The position numbers and the translations under genes are program-made. Positions 49,843 through 62,330 of a stretch of 64,000 bases of DNA are shown here, piece after piece. Each line of letters opens with the position of its first letter. Within the stretch, counting starts at the first letter, position 1. The notes under the pieces are model-generated. The model was not told where the DNA came from, ran no database searches, and worked only from the letters and a program-made list of their open reading frames with translations. Origin of the DNA: Felis catus (lineage: Eukaryota); the NCBI RefSeq assembly GCF_018350175.1, contig NC_058368.1:181352001-181416000 (forward strand). The letters run 5' to 3'.

Positions 49843-51184
49843 AACAACCTAGTCACTGCCATCATGTGGTCACTTAGACAGCCCCAAAGCCTTAGACCTT
49901 CTGAGACGTCTATGTAAATATTTGTGTATTTTTATTTCTCTGCATTCTACCAGGTTTTATTTCAAGCAAGAAATTATCCACCCCTCCCTTCTTTTTGCAC
50001 ATCACAGAGCCAAGTTTCCTGTGTTACACCGATTTCAAAATGTTCAGCACCATTTATCCCTTTTTTATAGTTCATATAAAGACATGGCTCCAAGACCTCA
50101 AATAACAAAAAGTTTATTTATGTATTTATTTTTGCATGGCATGCGCTGATGAGCTAGTCTGCTCAGCAAGCATTTCACAGATTAGACGCATGAGTATGGT
50201 TTCAGGCAAGGCTCCCTCATGTTTCTGCGCATTGGCTGATAAACACTTCAAAGTAAACCGCTCATAAATATGAAATGAAAAGCCGAAGAGTCGTTATGCA
50301 CAGCTTTGAGATACAAATCTCTTTATTCCCTTCTGAAGTGGGGTTTGATTGACATAATGAGTCATAGATCCTGTCCAGGGACACACTGCCTTTTCCCCTT
50401 TTCTCTGGAGACAGGGAGACTTTAAAGAAATCCACTTTAGAACTTGGTGATAGACAGCTTACTTGAAAAAATAATAAAGTTGAATCCTATATTAAATAAC
50501 TTATTATTTTGTGTTAATGCTGACTTTGACAACCATGACATATGTCAAAGTTTCACTACACATCAGAAAGACATTATTAGCTACAACTCTTAAGAAAAAG
50601 ATTGCCAAATTTGAAAAAAAAAAAAAGAAGAAGGAGTGCCATTATGTCTTTTGTCATATATATTGTTGCTATACAGACTCTTTTTCTGGTAAGAGAAAAT
50701 CACTACTTAAATTAATTCAGAGAAGAAATCTAAAATCTTGTAAGCCGAAAGGCAATGGGGAGTAATGAAGGGGGATAATTATTGTGGAAAATTCATTTTA
50801 TAAATAAATATCTTCCAAAAAGGAAAGGATCACACAGTGTAACTTGCTATGAAAAATAGGTTGAAGAACAATTGGAAGTGGAGATTCAATTTAATCTTGC
50901 CCACAAGTTCTTAATAATTGTCTGTTTGCCAGAAAAAGATAAAAATTTCCACAAGGTCATACAATTTTCCACTAGATCGTATTTTGTAAATTCAAACGAC
51001 TTACAGAAGCTAGGTAGTTAACATAAAGGAGCTAAGTCAGCTTACTGGTAAAGGCCAATAAGGAGCAGTGGGGGCCTGCAGAAAAAGAAAGAGGGTTTTG
51101 ATAAGGTAGCTGTTATTCAGCTCCAGTAGATATCTGCCATTCAAAAAGATAGAACTAATGTTGCCCAATTTTGCATTGTTTTTA

Positions 51185-51412
51185 TTTATTTTTTTTAATT
51201 TTTTTTTCAACGTTTTTATTTATTTTTGGGACAGAGAGAGACAGAGCATGAATGGGGGAGGGGCAGAGAGAGAGGGAGACACAGAATCGGAAACAGGCTC
51301 CAGGCTCTGAGCCATCAGCCCAGAGCCTGACGCGGGGCTCGAACTCACGGACCGCGAGATCGTGACCTGGCTGAAGTCGGACGCTTAACCGACTGCGCCA
51401 CCCAGGCACCCC
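51185..51412 (-). mobile_element. Very young feline CAN-SINE (SINEC_Fc), perfect 13-bp TSD
   Basis: CpGs are largely intact (gacgcggggctcgaactcacggaccgcgagatcgtgacctggctgaagtcggacgcttaaccgactgcgcc). TSD tgcattgttttta at 51172 and 51413. Confidence 0.98.
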
Positions 51413-51447
51413 TGCATTGTTTTTAGAAAAGCCTGAAATCTAGATTC

Positions 51448-51448
51448 T

Positions 51449-51491
<43 letters not shown>
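51448..51491. repeat. (TTTA)n tetranucleotide repeat
   Basis: About 11 units. Confidence 0.95.
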
Positions 51492-51679
51492 CATGTAATT
51501 TAAAAAAAAGTACAATTCGAATAAAGTAGGTCTTTGGGCTGCTAGACTTTAGTTTCTGCTCTAGACTTTCTATACTGATTAAAGAAGATTTTATTAAGAA
51601 ATAAAAGAGGAGGGAAAGAGAATAAAAACCTTAAATCAGAGAATGTTGAGACAGGAAGGGATTCTGGACTAATCTACAC

Positions 51680-51849
51680 CAGTGGTTTTCATCTACCTGT
51701 CTAGGATCCCTAGGGATTCTGTTGAGAGCCTGCAGTGAGTGAGAAGGACCTGTTTAGAGCTGTCCCTTCCCCCAAACCCCTTGGAACAGAGCAGTTGAGC
51801 TTTTTTATTTAAACCATGATGTGGGCCAGAAAATTTTTGAAAACAGCTA
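51680..51849. mobile_element. hAT-Charlie-type MITE, degenerate
   Basis: Ends cagtggttttca...tgaaaacagct form an imperfect Charlie-type terminal inverted repeat; internal ccctagggattc, cagagcagttgagcttt. Confidence 0.55.
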
Positions 51850-52044
51850 ATGGGATCATGCCCTCATTTGAGAGTTACCAAGTTACCTACTATCATTCCC
51901 CTACCAACACCTAATTGGCCCAGGGTTCAAGATTCCATTAAGTTTCAGGGTCAGATCTCCTTTAATTATTTGCCTAGAGATTTAGTTTGAGAGTCACAGA
52001 TTTAGTTTGAGAGTCTACTAAAATTAGGAGAAAGTTTTCTTTTT

Positions 52045-52400
52045 ATGGTATAGAACCAGATTCTAGAAGGTGGTCGTCCAGCCAGGAACTATCACTGGGC
52101 TCCCATGGCATCTAGGTCAGACCATATCTAGTTCTTGTCAACCAAGTGAAGCAGAAATGATGTGTGTCATTTAAACCCTGGAGTTTAAAAAGCAAATGAT
52201 CCTCCTCCATATCTTCTTTCCCATATGATGCAGAAGATCTAGCAATTATAGAATCAAGATGGTAGTGCCACTGATGAAAGACACCTTGTTCCCACAGTCA
52301 TCACCTGGAGGAGATGAGCCCAGTCATCAGCATTACTGATTTCTGGCTTCACAGGAATGAAAAATAAATTTTGATTGTGGCTAATCCTTTATATACATTT
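52045..52400 (+). mobile_element. MaLR solo LTR (MLT1-type, old)
   Basis: gcatctaggtcagaccatatctagttcttgtcaaccaagtgaagcagaaatgatgtgtgtcattt...agatggtagtgccac...tcacctggaggaga...aaaataaattttgattg. Confidence 0.7.
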
Positions 52401-53269
52401 GAATTTCCTTGTCCAAAAATCTATAGATTTAACGAAAATAATGCAGTCAATATTGAATTGTTTGATGTTGTGTTTTATGGGAAACATCCACAACTATGAG
52501 ATCCAAAAGATAAAATAGCCACTTTCTCATGGGAACTTGTTAATAACAATAAGCTACTATTTAGTCAGACCTATTTTGTAGGAGCAGGAAAATGATATGA
52601 CCTGCTAAAGGACATGGATTTGGGCAGTAGAAAAGCAGGAACTCAGATTCAGATTTTGGCAGTTCACAAAGCTCTCACAGCCCTACCTATGGTAATTTCT
52701 GTTGCAATGTCGTGAGTTGGTGACTAAGCTTTTATTAAAATCCTTACCAGTCCAACATAATAAAATTTAGCATCATTCTTACATGTCAGATGTTAAATCT
52801 CTAATTATTTGTATTATAAATTTAAAAATAAAACAACTTTGACTAATGTACCTCCAAGTAAACATTTGGACATAAAGAAATACCTCGTCAATATGTAACA
52901 TTATACTGTATTTCAATACCAGCAATTTATCTTTCAATAACAGCAAAATGTTTTTGAGATGTTTTCATACATATGAGGAAAGGGATAATAGCATAACTTT
53001 TTAATAGAAAGAAAACAACAATTACATAAGTTAGCATCTTAAAACTGTCAGATATTAAACCCTAATACAAGCCAAAATAAAAAAGGAGATATGCTATACC
53101 TATATGTGTACATGTACATATACAGTATATATAGTCATACAAATAATAAAGCAGTTGAGAAATTGGAAACGTTAATATACACATCCACAAGAATAACAAG
53201 AATCCTCTTTGATTCATCTCCAACTTCTATTAAGACCCACAACCAGCTCATTCTCAAACTAAGAGTGAT

Positions 53270-53420
53270 CATGCAACACAGTGCAAAGGGGCTTTGGAGT
53301 CAGACTAAATGAAGTTCAAATCCTCCAGCTTTGTAGCTCTGGGACCCTGGGTCAATTTCCTGGCTTCTCTAAATCTATATTTCCTCATTCATAAAATGAG
53401 GATGATAATATCTGTCTTCA
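53270..53420 (+). mobile_element. MIR SINE
   Basis: gctttggagtcagactaaatgaagttcaaatcctccagct...ttcctcattcataaaatgaggatgataatatct. Confidence 0.8.
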
Positions 53421-53519
53421 AAAATACAGACTAATGCCCACATCTAAGGAAACTAAACCTAGACCTTCAGATGATGAACATAAACCATTATAAAGTTAGA
53501 TGAAAACTAAACCATTGCT

Positions 53520-53695
53520 TCCTGTGACTGGAGTGGAGAACAAAAATCCTTTGGAGTTGACAGAAATATTCTAAAGTTGTATTGTGGTGATGGGAGTACA
53601 ACTCTGTTAATTTACTGAAATTCATGCAACTGTACACTTGAAATGGGAGCATTTGTGATTTGTAAATTATACCTCAATAAAGCTGTTAAAAATTA
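53520..53695 (+). mobile_element. Ancient LINE-1 3' terminus (L1MB/L1ME-like)
   Basis: gaaatattctaaagttgtattgtggtgatgg...actgtacacttgaaatggg...tgtaaattatacctcaataaagctgttaaaaa. Confidence 0.85.
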
Positions 53696-54819
53696 AACAA
53701 GTTGCATGCAAGTATTTCTATGTGTGTAGCTGAAGGTTGCACCTGTCAGACCCAGAAAATAACAAAAGAGTCAACACTTGAGATTTACAGAATGTGGAAA
53801 GAACTATTTGAAGCTAATCTACTACTCTCATGTGAATTGAAAGGAGGTAGGATCTCTGGCTATGCAAAGAAAGCAAAATTATTGTAACAGGGTGACTTCT
53901 ATTTTGATTCCATCACAAATTTTAGTGGCTAAAATATTCCTAGAATAATAGTTTACTCATTAACTTTGCTTTGAAAATCATGAAGGCACAGGTCTCCTGA
54001 GAGTCAAACACCATGCTAACCGTGAGGGGAAAAAGAATAGCCTTCCTAAGAATAAATCTATACCAGAATACTTTTCCATCTTGAGGTGTTTTAATCCTCT
54101 AGACTGAAAATAGTTTGATTAAAACAGGCTGCACTGGGATCATGCATTCTGTCTCAGTCCAGGAAGAAACAGCTGTCAGTCACATCTCTGTCCTCCTCCT
54201 CTAGTCCCTGGAGGACAACGTAAGCAAGCTGTCTCCAGGATAAGCGCTCCTCTGAGAATTGCCAGCTCCTCATGGCCTGCAGCTGAAAAGCAGCCATTCT
54301 GCTCATTCGTTCTATTAGCCCTTTGACTTCCCTCCTTCATGCACAAATATAAATATAATGCTTAAGTGAATGATTACTACTGTCCCCAAAGAAATTTCAA
54401 TTAAACACTTGGAATCCCTAGGAATGGTACCTAGGGAGATTCCCCAAAAGAGCTGCAATTTGTTATGTATTATTAAGTCTGGCTTCGGATTATAAATCTT
54501 CTATTTTTTCTTTTCATGTTAGCTGGGGCTTCCAAAGAACCACCTCCCATATGATTTGAACAATTTTCCCCAAACTCTAAGCAGGACAAGCATAATGGAG
54601 TTATTCCTGAATAATAAACTCCTGGTCTGTTAAAAAGTGTAAAAGGTGGATGGGAGGATTTCTTTGTCTGCTACCGGAGTATGGGATGAGATAATCTTTC
54701 TTCTCTTCTCAAAAGGAGTGGAGGACATTAGGAAATGCATGGTGAGTATTGGGGTGGATTCTTTCAGGGAGTGTTCAGTGTTTCAACCTACTACAATCCT
54801 ACAGTATTGTATGCATGGG

Positions 54820-54940
54820 AGCTGATTACTAGAATTTAAGCTCCATGAAGGGAGTATTTTGTCTAAATGACTTTGGTGTTCTCAGTACCTACAACAGTGC
54901 TGGCTATATAGACAGATTTTCTACACATAAATTTAAGTGG
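54820..54940 (+). mobile_element. L2 3'-end fragment
   Basis: actagaatttaagctccatgaagggag...tctcagtacctacaacagtgctggctatatag. Confidence 0.65.
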
Positions 54941-55244
54941 AAGGAAGGGAGGAGTGGAGGAGGGGAGGAAGGGCAGACTTGAATAGAAGTCCCTTGATAA
55001 CTAGGACAGATGTTTCTGTTCCACGTCTGGCAAAATTTCATAAAACATTCCGTTGGGCCACATTTACTATTGTATTATTTTGGAAGAATTTACCTAAAAA
55101 CCAGATATTTGATAAAACTTATGTTATGCTATCCTTTTTCTGATTGTTTGTTGTGTTTTATTTACTGTGTTTTGTTCAGCTGAATTAAATGATCAGAGCT
55201 AATTAGACTATACTCAGAAGAAAAAATTCGTTTTCCAAAACCAA

Positions 55245-55275
<31 letters not shown>

Positions 55276-56628
55276 CTCAACAGAGTCAGTGGATTGTCAA
55301 ATAACATTCTCTCCTATGATGACATTCTATGATTCATCTTCTTTTGGTGTGTCCAAATATAGTTTCTAAAGAAATCAAGAATATTAGTTCCTTTCCAGTA
55401 CTGTAGCTTATATCAATTTTTTAAAGTAATATTAAAAAAAATTGAGAGGCCACTGAAAAACCTTATATCTACCAAAGGCAATGTCTGTATTAATATCTCT
55501 CTTCAAGTATTCATTCTCCTACTAAAGAAGCAGTTTCAAATCTTCAGCAAATAATGATTTAAAAAACTTCAATTGAGACAAAATATAAATAAATTTTCTC
55601 ATTTTAATTCCAATTTTCTGTTATCTGCAATTGTTCCTGGTCTCCAAACTCAACATAATGAATACATAAATGATAAATGATTGAAGGTGAGCTTTTTGAC
55701 ATTGTGACTACACTTTTGTCCCCTAACAATGAAAGCTATGTGCTCCCAGCACTTGGTCATGGGCTAACGGATATGTGCAGCCACCAAAGCTGGAAGGGAG
55801 GGAGGGTCTGTGAACATTGGTTTCTCACCTAGTAGTGATATCAACACTTGCTACCCTGCAAGAAGACTCTTTGCTCAACTCATGGAACCCTTAGTGATGC
55901 CTGCTTTTGAACAACTGACTCTAAAGCTAAGAGAAACATCTCTTAGGAATCAGGTCACTGTGTCCTCTGTAAAATACTCATCAGTAATGTAGCAAGAAAA
56001 TGCTTAAGATAGCTGAAATTCTCTTTTTACCATCAAAGGAGGCAGCATTTCTAGCCCTTCTGTCTCATGGCCTGGGACACCAGGAGGACAAAGGAGACGT
56101 GTGACAGGCTGATTTTAGTTCAAAATGGGCATTGTTTACCTACCTCGCACCCTGATATAAAGGCTGCAATGTTCCTTTTTTTTCTTCTAGCTCAGGATTG
56201 AGGATTATTACTCCAAGAAATTAGAAAGCAGACATGACATCTTAATCCCCTCCAAGTTTCTGCTGTGCCCTACCTTCCAGGATGTTTTTCCTTGTCACCA
56301 ATCCCAAAAATCAGCAAGAGGGAAGAGGAAGGAATGAGACACTGAGTTATGAGAGCCAAAGTTCCTGGGCAATTGCCAGGAAGGTTAAGGCAACACAATC
56401 ATATTAATGACTTTCTTTGGGAAACCTATATTTTCATTTTTAATATCACTTGAATGGATATATTCTTGGTGATTCATCCAAAGCTGTGGATTTTATTTTC
56501 CTCTAAATAAAGGAATAATCAATCAATAATAATTTCCCTTTGTACACTTGAGTTCCAAGCAGAGACGAATTTCTTTTCAAAATTTCTTGATTCTACCCAG
56601 TGAGTCTTAGATTAAAAATAGCAAATGT

Positions 56629-56854
56629 GGGGCTCCTGGTTGGCTCAGTCAGTTGAGCGACCGACTTGGGGTCAGGTCACGATCTCACGGTCCATGAGTT
56701 CGAGCCCCGTGTCGGGCTCTGTGCTGACAGCTCAGATCCTGGAACCTCCTTCAGATTCTATGTCTCTCTCTCTCTCTCTCTGCCCATTCCCTGCTCATGC
56801 TCTGTCTCTCTGTCTCTCTTTCTCAAAAATAAATAATAAAACATTATTTTTTTT
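56629..56854 (+). mobile_element. Feline CAN-SINE, perfect 13-bp TSD
   Basis: ggggctcctggttggctcagtcagttgagcgaccgact...gagttcgagccccgtgtcgggctctgtgctgacagc. TSD aaatagcaaatgt at 56616 and 56855. Confidence 0.97.
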
Positions 56855-57589
56855 AAATAGCAAATGTAATTTGGATGGCCATGCCCTCAGCCACCAAAAT
56901 GCTTTACTAAATCAAAGTTTCTTCTCTCTGCAGTTGTATATATACATACATGTATGGTGCATATATTCTTGAAGTAGTTGAATTCTGTTTCTAGTTTTGC
57001 AGCTACATAAATAAATAAGGTCAGATAAGTCACTTTACTCAATATTAAGATGATGAACTTAAATAATAGTTTTTAAGATTCCTTTCAGGCCTAAAATTAA
57101 TATATTTTATGATGAATGTAATTATTACAATAAATATTTGCCTCAGTGATACTGCCATCACATGCACTCTGCAATATGACATTTCTTACAAAGATCTGCC
57201 AACAGGCAGATCACTGTGACACAAAGTTTAAGAAAAATGAAACCAAAATACAATTATCTCAATTTAATTAATAATGATCTTATTGAGGAACAAATTCCTT
57301 TATTAATTCATTTTCTAATTCAACAAATGCATTTAGTTATCAATTCTAGTTTGATTTCTATTTTCCTTACACCCAAGTAAACTGAAAAAGAAAGATACCT
57401 TCTCCTGAACTACAACAGAAGCTCAGATTTGTCATAGTTAAATAACTCCAATTCTAGAGGTCCTAGTAGGTAAAGCCAAACATCTGGAAGCAACATATAA
57501 AATTCATATAGTTAATAAATGAGAATGAAACAAAGTATGGCATTTCCATATTGTGTGGAAGAAACATCAAGTTCTCAATGGCCACCCAA

Positions 57590-58965
57590 TACTGTAGCTA
57601 AATTAAAACACAGAATGGAGGACATCAAATCATATCTAGATTTTGCTTTCTAATACTGTTCTGAAACAAACAAAACTAACAATTCCCTTTGCAGAAATGG
57701 CTGATTCCAAGGCTGGAGCAGAAAATATACAAAAGCCTGGAGTATCCTGTAATATCAGAAAGTGAGAAAATGCTGAAAACAAAATAAAAACCCACAATGG
57801 TGGGTGTATGTCCCAGGGACCCAAGAGCCAACTAAGAACTCTCAGGGGCCAAACTGGAACACTATGGTCGACAAAGTAAATCAAGTAGTACTGACTTATA
57901 ACCTAAAGTATAAAGTAAGTACCCAGGAGTCTGTATTGACATAAATGAAAAGTGAATAAATAAATAAATATAGAGGGAAACAACTCTCTCAAAACAGAAG
58001 GATTCCAAGTCATTTATGTGGACACTCTGCACTCAATGAAGTGGAATAGAACTTCTCACTCCCTAAGTGTAAGGTACTTTCTTTGAAACACTTCAAAAGA
58101 AATTCGTGTGTAGTACCCTTCTTTTAAAATGTACATTATAGAAAGGAAGACAAAAACAATAATTTTATAGTGAAGTACTTTTAAAAACACTAACTCGGTC
58201 AAATAATGATCAGGGTTAATATTAACAGCAATAAGTCATGTTGAAAGAATATGCTCTTGGGGCACCTTGGTGGCTCAGTCTGTTGAGTGTCTGACTTTGG
58301 CTCAGCCCATGATCTCACGGTCCATGGGTTCAAGGCCCGCTTCAGTGCTGACAGCTCAGAGCCTGCTTTAGATTCTGTGTCTCCCTCTCTCTCTGCTCCT
58401 CCCCTGCTCGTGCTCTCTCTTTCTCTCTCTCAAAAATAAATAAACATGAAAAAAAAGAAAGAATGTGTTTTTGAAATGAGATGATGAGAAAGGCACTTTT
58501 ACCTCTATATCCCTCCTACTAAAATACATTACCACACTCTAATGAGGAGAAAAATATCGGACAAATCTCAACCAGGGCTGTTCTATAAAATATCTGACCA
58601 AAACTCCTTAGAACTGCCAAGGTCATCAAACATAAGGAAAGTCTGGAAACTGTCACAACCAAAAGAAGCTAAAGAAGATAGGACTACTAAATATGATGTG
58701 GTATTTTGCATAGGATCCTGGACCAGAAAAAGGACATTAGGGGAGAATGGAGAAAATCTGAATTAAGTATGAACTTTACTTAAAAATAATGTATCAGTAT
58801 TGGTCCGTTAATTGTAACAATGTGCCATACTACTGCAAGATTTTAATAATAGGAAAAATTAAGTGTGGGGTATACAGGAACTCTCTGTACTATCTTTGCA
58901 ATAATTCTATAAAATAAAACATTTTAAAAGTTTAAATCCTTTTAAAATAGAAAAGTTTATTTAAA
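57590..58965 (+). mobile_element. Ancient LINE-1 3' UTR (L1MD-like) interrupted by a SINE
   Basis: atctagattttgctttctaatact...gaaatggctgattccaaggctggagcagaaaatatac...ggatcctggaccagaaaaaggacattag...ggaactctctgtactatctttgcaa. Confidence 0.88.
58259..58456 (+). mobile_element. Feline CAN-SINE nested in L1
   Basis: ggggcaccttggtggctcagtctgttgagtgtctgactttggctcag. TSD gaaagaatatgctctt / gaaagaatgtgttttt. Confidence 0.94.
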
Positions 58966-59006
58966 CATTTTGGTCCAAATGTGTTCTACTATGTCATCCT
59001 ATCCAG

Positions 59007-59038
<32 letters not shown>

Positions 59039-60220
59039 AGAGAGAGACAAATAAAAGTGATAGAAAAGTGGAAAATTATCAGTATTTAGGGAGATGAAGT
59101 GGAGATACTATTTATGGTTAAACATAAATTTTACTTTGTTTCTTTCATTCTTTCTTTCTTTTTTTAAACCACAGGTAAATTAGCCAAATAATGTCTCAAC
59201 TGTAACTTAGCCCCCAATCACAGGTGCCACTCTTTGGTTAAGAATAAGAGATCTATAGGTTATCTTAAACAATTACATGATTACTCCTTCATGAAATTTA
59301 GGACAGAAGGTTCCTTCAATCATCTGAAATGTGAAATACTTTATAAAAGTTCATGTACTACCTTCATATGAATCATTTAACAGGGTAGTAGTAACCAGAT
59401 GACTGAAATGTTCACAGAAAATTCAAGAAACAACAAAAAAAGCAGTTAAATTTATTCTTTGCTGAAAGAGGTACATGGTTCAGTTTAAAAATATCAAATA
59501 AATAAATCTAGTGATATCCTGACATTTTGGGGGAAAAAAAAGAAAAAAAATACTTCAGCAGGAGCAAGAAAGGAAAGATAATTTACTCTTAGGACAAACC
59601 AACAGACTAATTGTTTGACTAATAGATACTGAGCTAAAATGAAATAAAATCCTATTTCTAATTTTAAAACATAAAAATGGAAGGAAAAAAAAAAAACAAA
59701 CCATGCAATTAAATTAGAACAACTCAAGGAGGAGCTTGCCATGACCTGTTCAAGAAGAAATGGCACACACCCATCACTTATCTAAAGTTAGACCCAAACA
59801 AGAATAGCAGAGACCCGGGAAGCTCACTGACAATATCTTCAGGGATGGCCTCATACTGAATAAGAATCTGTAGTGTGTCAGCAGAACTGCCTCCATTTTG
59901 CAAACGGAGAGGGAACAGAGGAAAGATGAAGAGTGACAGATGAGCAGGTTCCCATTTCTACATCTTTCTTACTTGCCTTTTTTAGAACCTTGTTGAAATA
60001 ATCTTTTTTTCTTAAAAAAGCCTATTCAGGAATATTTTAGGTTATAAATCTTGACAGTATTTACTAACAATTTTTAGAGCACATAAGTTTAATAATTTGC
60101 CAATATAATTAATATGACTTATGCCATTGTAGCACCAATCCACCAACATGCACTACATTATTTCGACAGTGTCATTCTCAAAGTCTATATTCAGTCAAAC
60201 TTTATCAAAAATATACTATG

Positions 60221-60599
60221 TGCTATGGACTGAATTGTGTCCTCCCTCTCAAATTCATATGTTTAAGCCTGGATCCTCCATGGGCTTAAATTAGACACAG
60301 GGCATTGAAAGGGATGGTTAAGTTAACATGAGGTCATAAAGGTATGGTCCTGATGCAATAGAACTGGTACCCTTAGAATAAGATGAGACACCCAGTGGTC
60401 TCTCTCTCTGCTATGTAAGTACACAACGAGAAGGTAGCTATCAGAAAGCTGGAAAAAAAGGCTCTGAACCAGAACCCAACTCTGTTGGAACCCTTATCTT
60501 AGCTTTTGGCCTCCAAAGTCCAAGAAAATAAATAAGTTTCTGCTGTTTAAGCTACCCAATCTATGGCATTTTGTTATGACCATTTAAGGTAACTAATAT
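60221..60599 (+). mobile_element. MaLR solo LTR (MLT1A-like)
   Basis: tgctatggactgaattgtgtcctccc...aaattcatatgtt...ggttaagttaacatgaggtcataa...tttctgctgtttaagctacccaatctatggcattttgttat...actaata. Confidence 0.9.
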
Positions 60600-60629
60600 T
60601 ATATAGGCAACTTAGAGTGGTCTCTATGT

Positions 60630-61232
60630 AATTGGGGTTTTCTTCCTTCTTTTCTGGGGGGAGGTGGGTTCTCTTCCCTCAAGGTATATGGTAAAATTGT
60701 ACTTCCTAAACCTCTCTTACAAATAGGAAAAAACACCTGATATATTTCAACCAGTGAAATGTCATCATGAGTGACATTTGTTAATTTCAGTGAGCATCTT
60801 TAGTAAGAAATCAAGCATGATTCTCCATGTTTTTTTTTTTTTTGCCTCTGCAAATGCAGTGCTCCAGATGTTCAAGTCTTTATCAGCTATATGTCTGAGT
60901 GAGGACCATGAGAAGCAAAGTTCCTAGTCAACCCACAATGGACACAGTGTGATTTAGAAATAAACTTGTGGGTTTGTTTTTATGTTTATTTATTTTCAGA
61001 GAGCGACAGAGAGTGTGCAAGTGGGGGAGAGGCATGAAGAGGGAGAGAGACAGGGAGAGGGTGAGGGAGAGGGAGTCTGACAGTGCAGAGCCTGATGTGG
61101 GGCTTGAACTCACAAACCATGAGCTCATGACCTGAGCCAAAATCAAGAGTCAGATGCTTAACTGACTGAGCCACCCAGACGCCCTTAAACATGTGTTGTT
61201 TTAAGTCACTGACACATTCCATTACTAACTGA
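60630..61232 (+). mobile_element. Older MaLR LTR (MLT1J-like) interrupted by a SINE
   Basis: aaccagtgaaatgtcatcatgagtgac...gctccagatg...tctgagtgaggaccatgagaagcaaagttcctagtcaacccacaatggacac...agaaataaac...gttttaagtcactga. Confidence 0.72.
60976..61184 (-). mobile_element. Feline CAN-SINE (SINEC_Fc2-like)
   Basis: gacctgagccaaaatcaagagtcagatgcttaactgactgagccacccagacgccc. Degenerate TSD taaacttgtgggttt / taaacatgtgttgtt. Confidence 0.95.
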
Positions 61233-61699
61233 GAGCAAACTTAGTTCTGCAGGGGAAAAAAAAAAGTAAAGCAAACAAGCAAGCAAACAAACAAAAAAAC
61301 TTAGCCCTATAGGAGGGAAAAAAGAAAAGCAAACAAGAAGGAACTTTGTAATGCTCTCTTGTAGCTTGCGGAATAACCACTGCAAGCATATATATTACAG
61401 ATACAATACTAAATACAAATGATTAACCTTTGTAACAACCTAAAGTGTTTCTAACTATCAACTGATATGATAACCTACTGGGAAAGCACAAAATGTTATT
61501 TTTGCATTAACATTTTATTAAAAATATCTATCCAGATCCAAGATAATTTTGGAATAGCATTTCAATTTCATCTCATCTTGTTGAACATTATTTGCAAAGT
61601 CTTTATTATTTATAAAGGTAAACAGAAGATTAATCTTACTTGATTTATGATAAAACATCCTGACACGTATTGAGATTGACATTCAAATTGGTCATATTT

Positions 61700-61917
61700 G
61701 GGGGCGCCTGGGTGGTTCAGTTGGGTTAAGCATCCAACTCTTGATTTGGGCTCAAGTCATGATCTCACGGTTTGCGGGTCTGAGCCCTTCATCAAACTTT
61801 GCACTGACAGTGGGGAACCTGCTTGGGATTCTATCTCCCTCTCTCTTTATGCCCCTCTCCTGCTTGCACTCTTTCTCTCTCTCTCTCAAAATAAATAAAT
61901 AAACTTAAAAGAAAAAT
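61700..61917 (+). mobile_element. Feline CAN-SINE (SINEC_Fc2-like)
   Basis: ggggcgcctgggtggttcagttgggttaagcatccaactcttgatttgggctcaagtc. TSD aaattggtcatattt / aaattggtcctattt. Confidence 0.96.
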
Positions 61918-61944
61918 AAATTGGTCCTATTTTGATGTGAACCT

Positions 61945-62330
61945 TTTATATTCCCAAGGCTAACGTAGTCTCCTTCCTCATTGCCACTTTCTGACATCAC
62001 CTCACCATTGTGAACAACCTACGTCACCCTCAGTGGCCACATTATTTTGTGACATCAATTCTTTACACAATGAGCTTCCTCTGCCTTGAAGTTTTTGTAT
62101 CCCCCTATTCACAACTGGATGATGACTATTCATTCTGTAAGATTCACCCTGCATGTCAACTGCTCTGAAAAATCTTGATCAAAATCTCCAGCAAAAATTA
62201 GCTCCTTCTTTAGATTCCCAAATCACTTTGTGGCTACCTTTATTATAGCACGTATTCCCCTTAATTATAATTTACCTGTTAATGTGTCTGTTCATTTTAT
62301 TTTTAAATTCTAAGTGAGCTGAAAACATCT
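61945..62330 (+). mobile_element. L2 fragment, degenerate
   Basis: cttcctctgccttgaag...ctattcattctgtaagattcaccctgcatgtcaactgctctgaaaaatctt...acctttattatagcacgta. Confidence 0.55.

Noticed and set aside
51340..51412. tRNA-like sequence with A/B boxes
   Set aside because: It is the tRNA-derived head of a CAN-SINE, not a tRNA gene.
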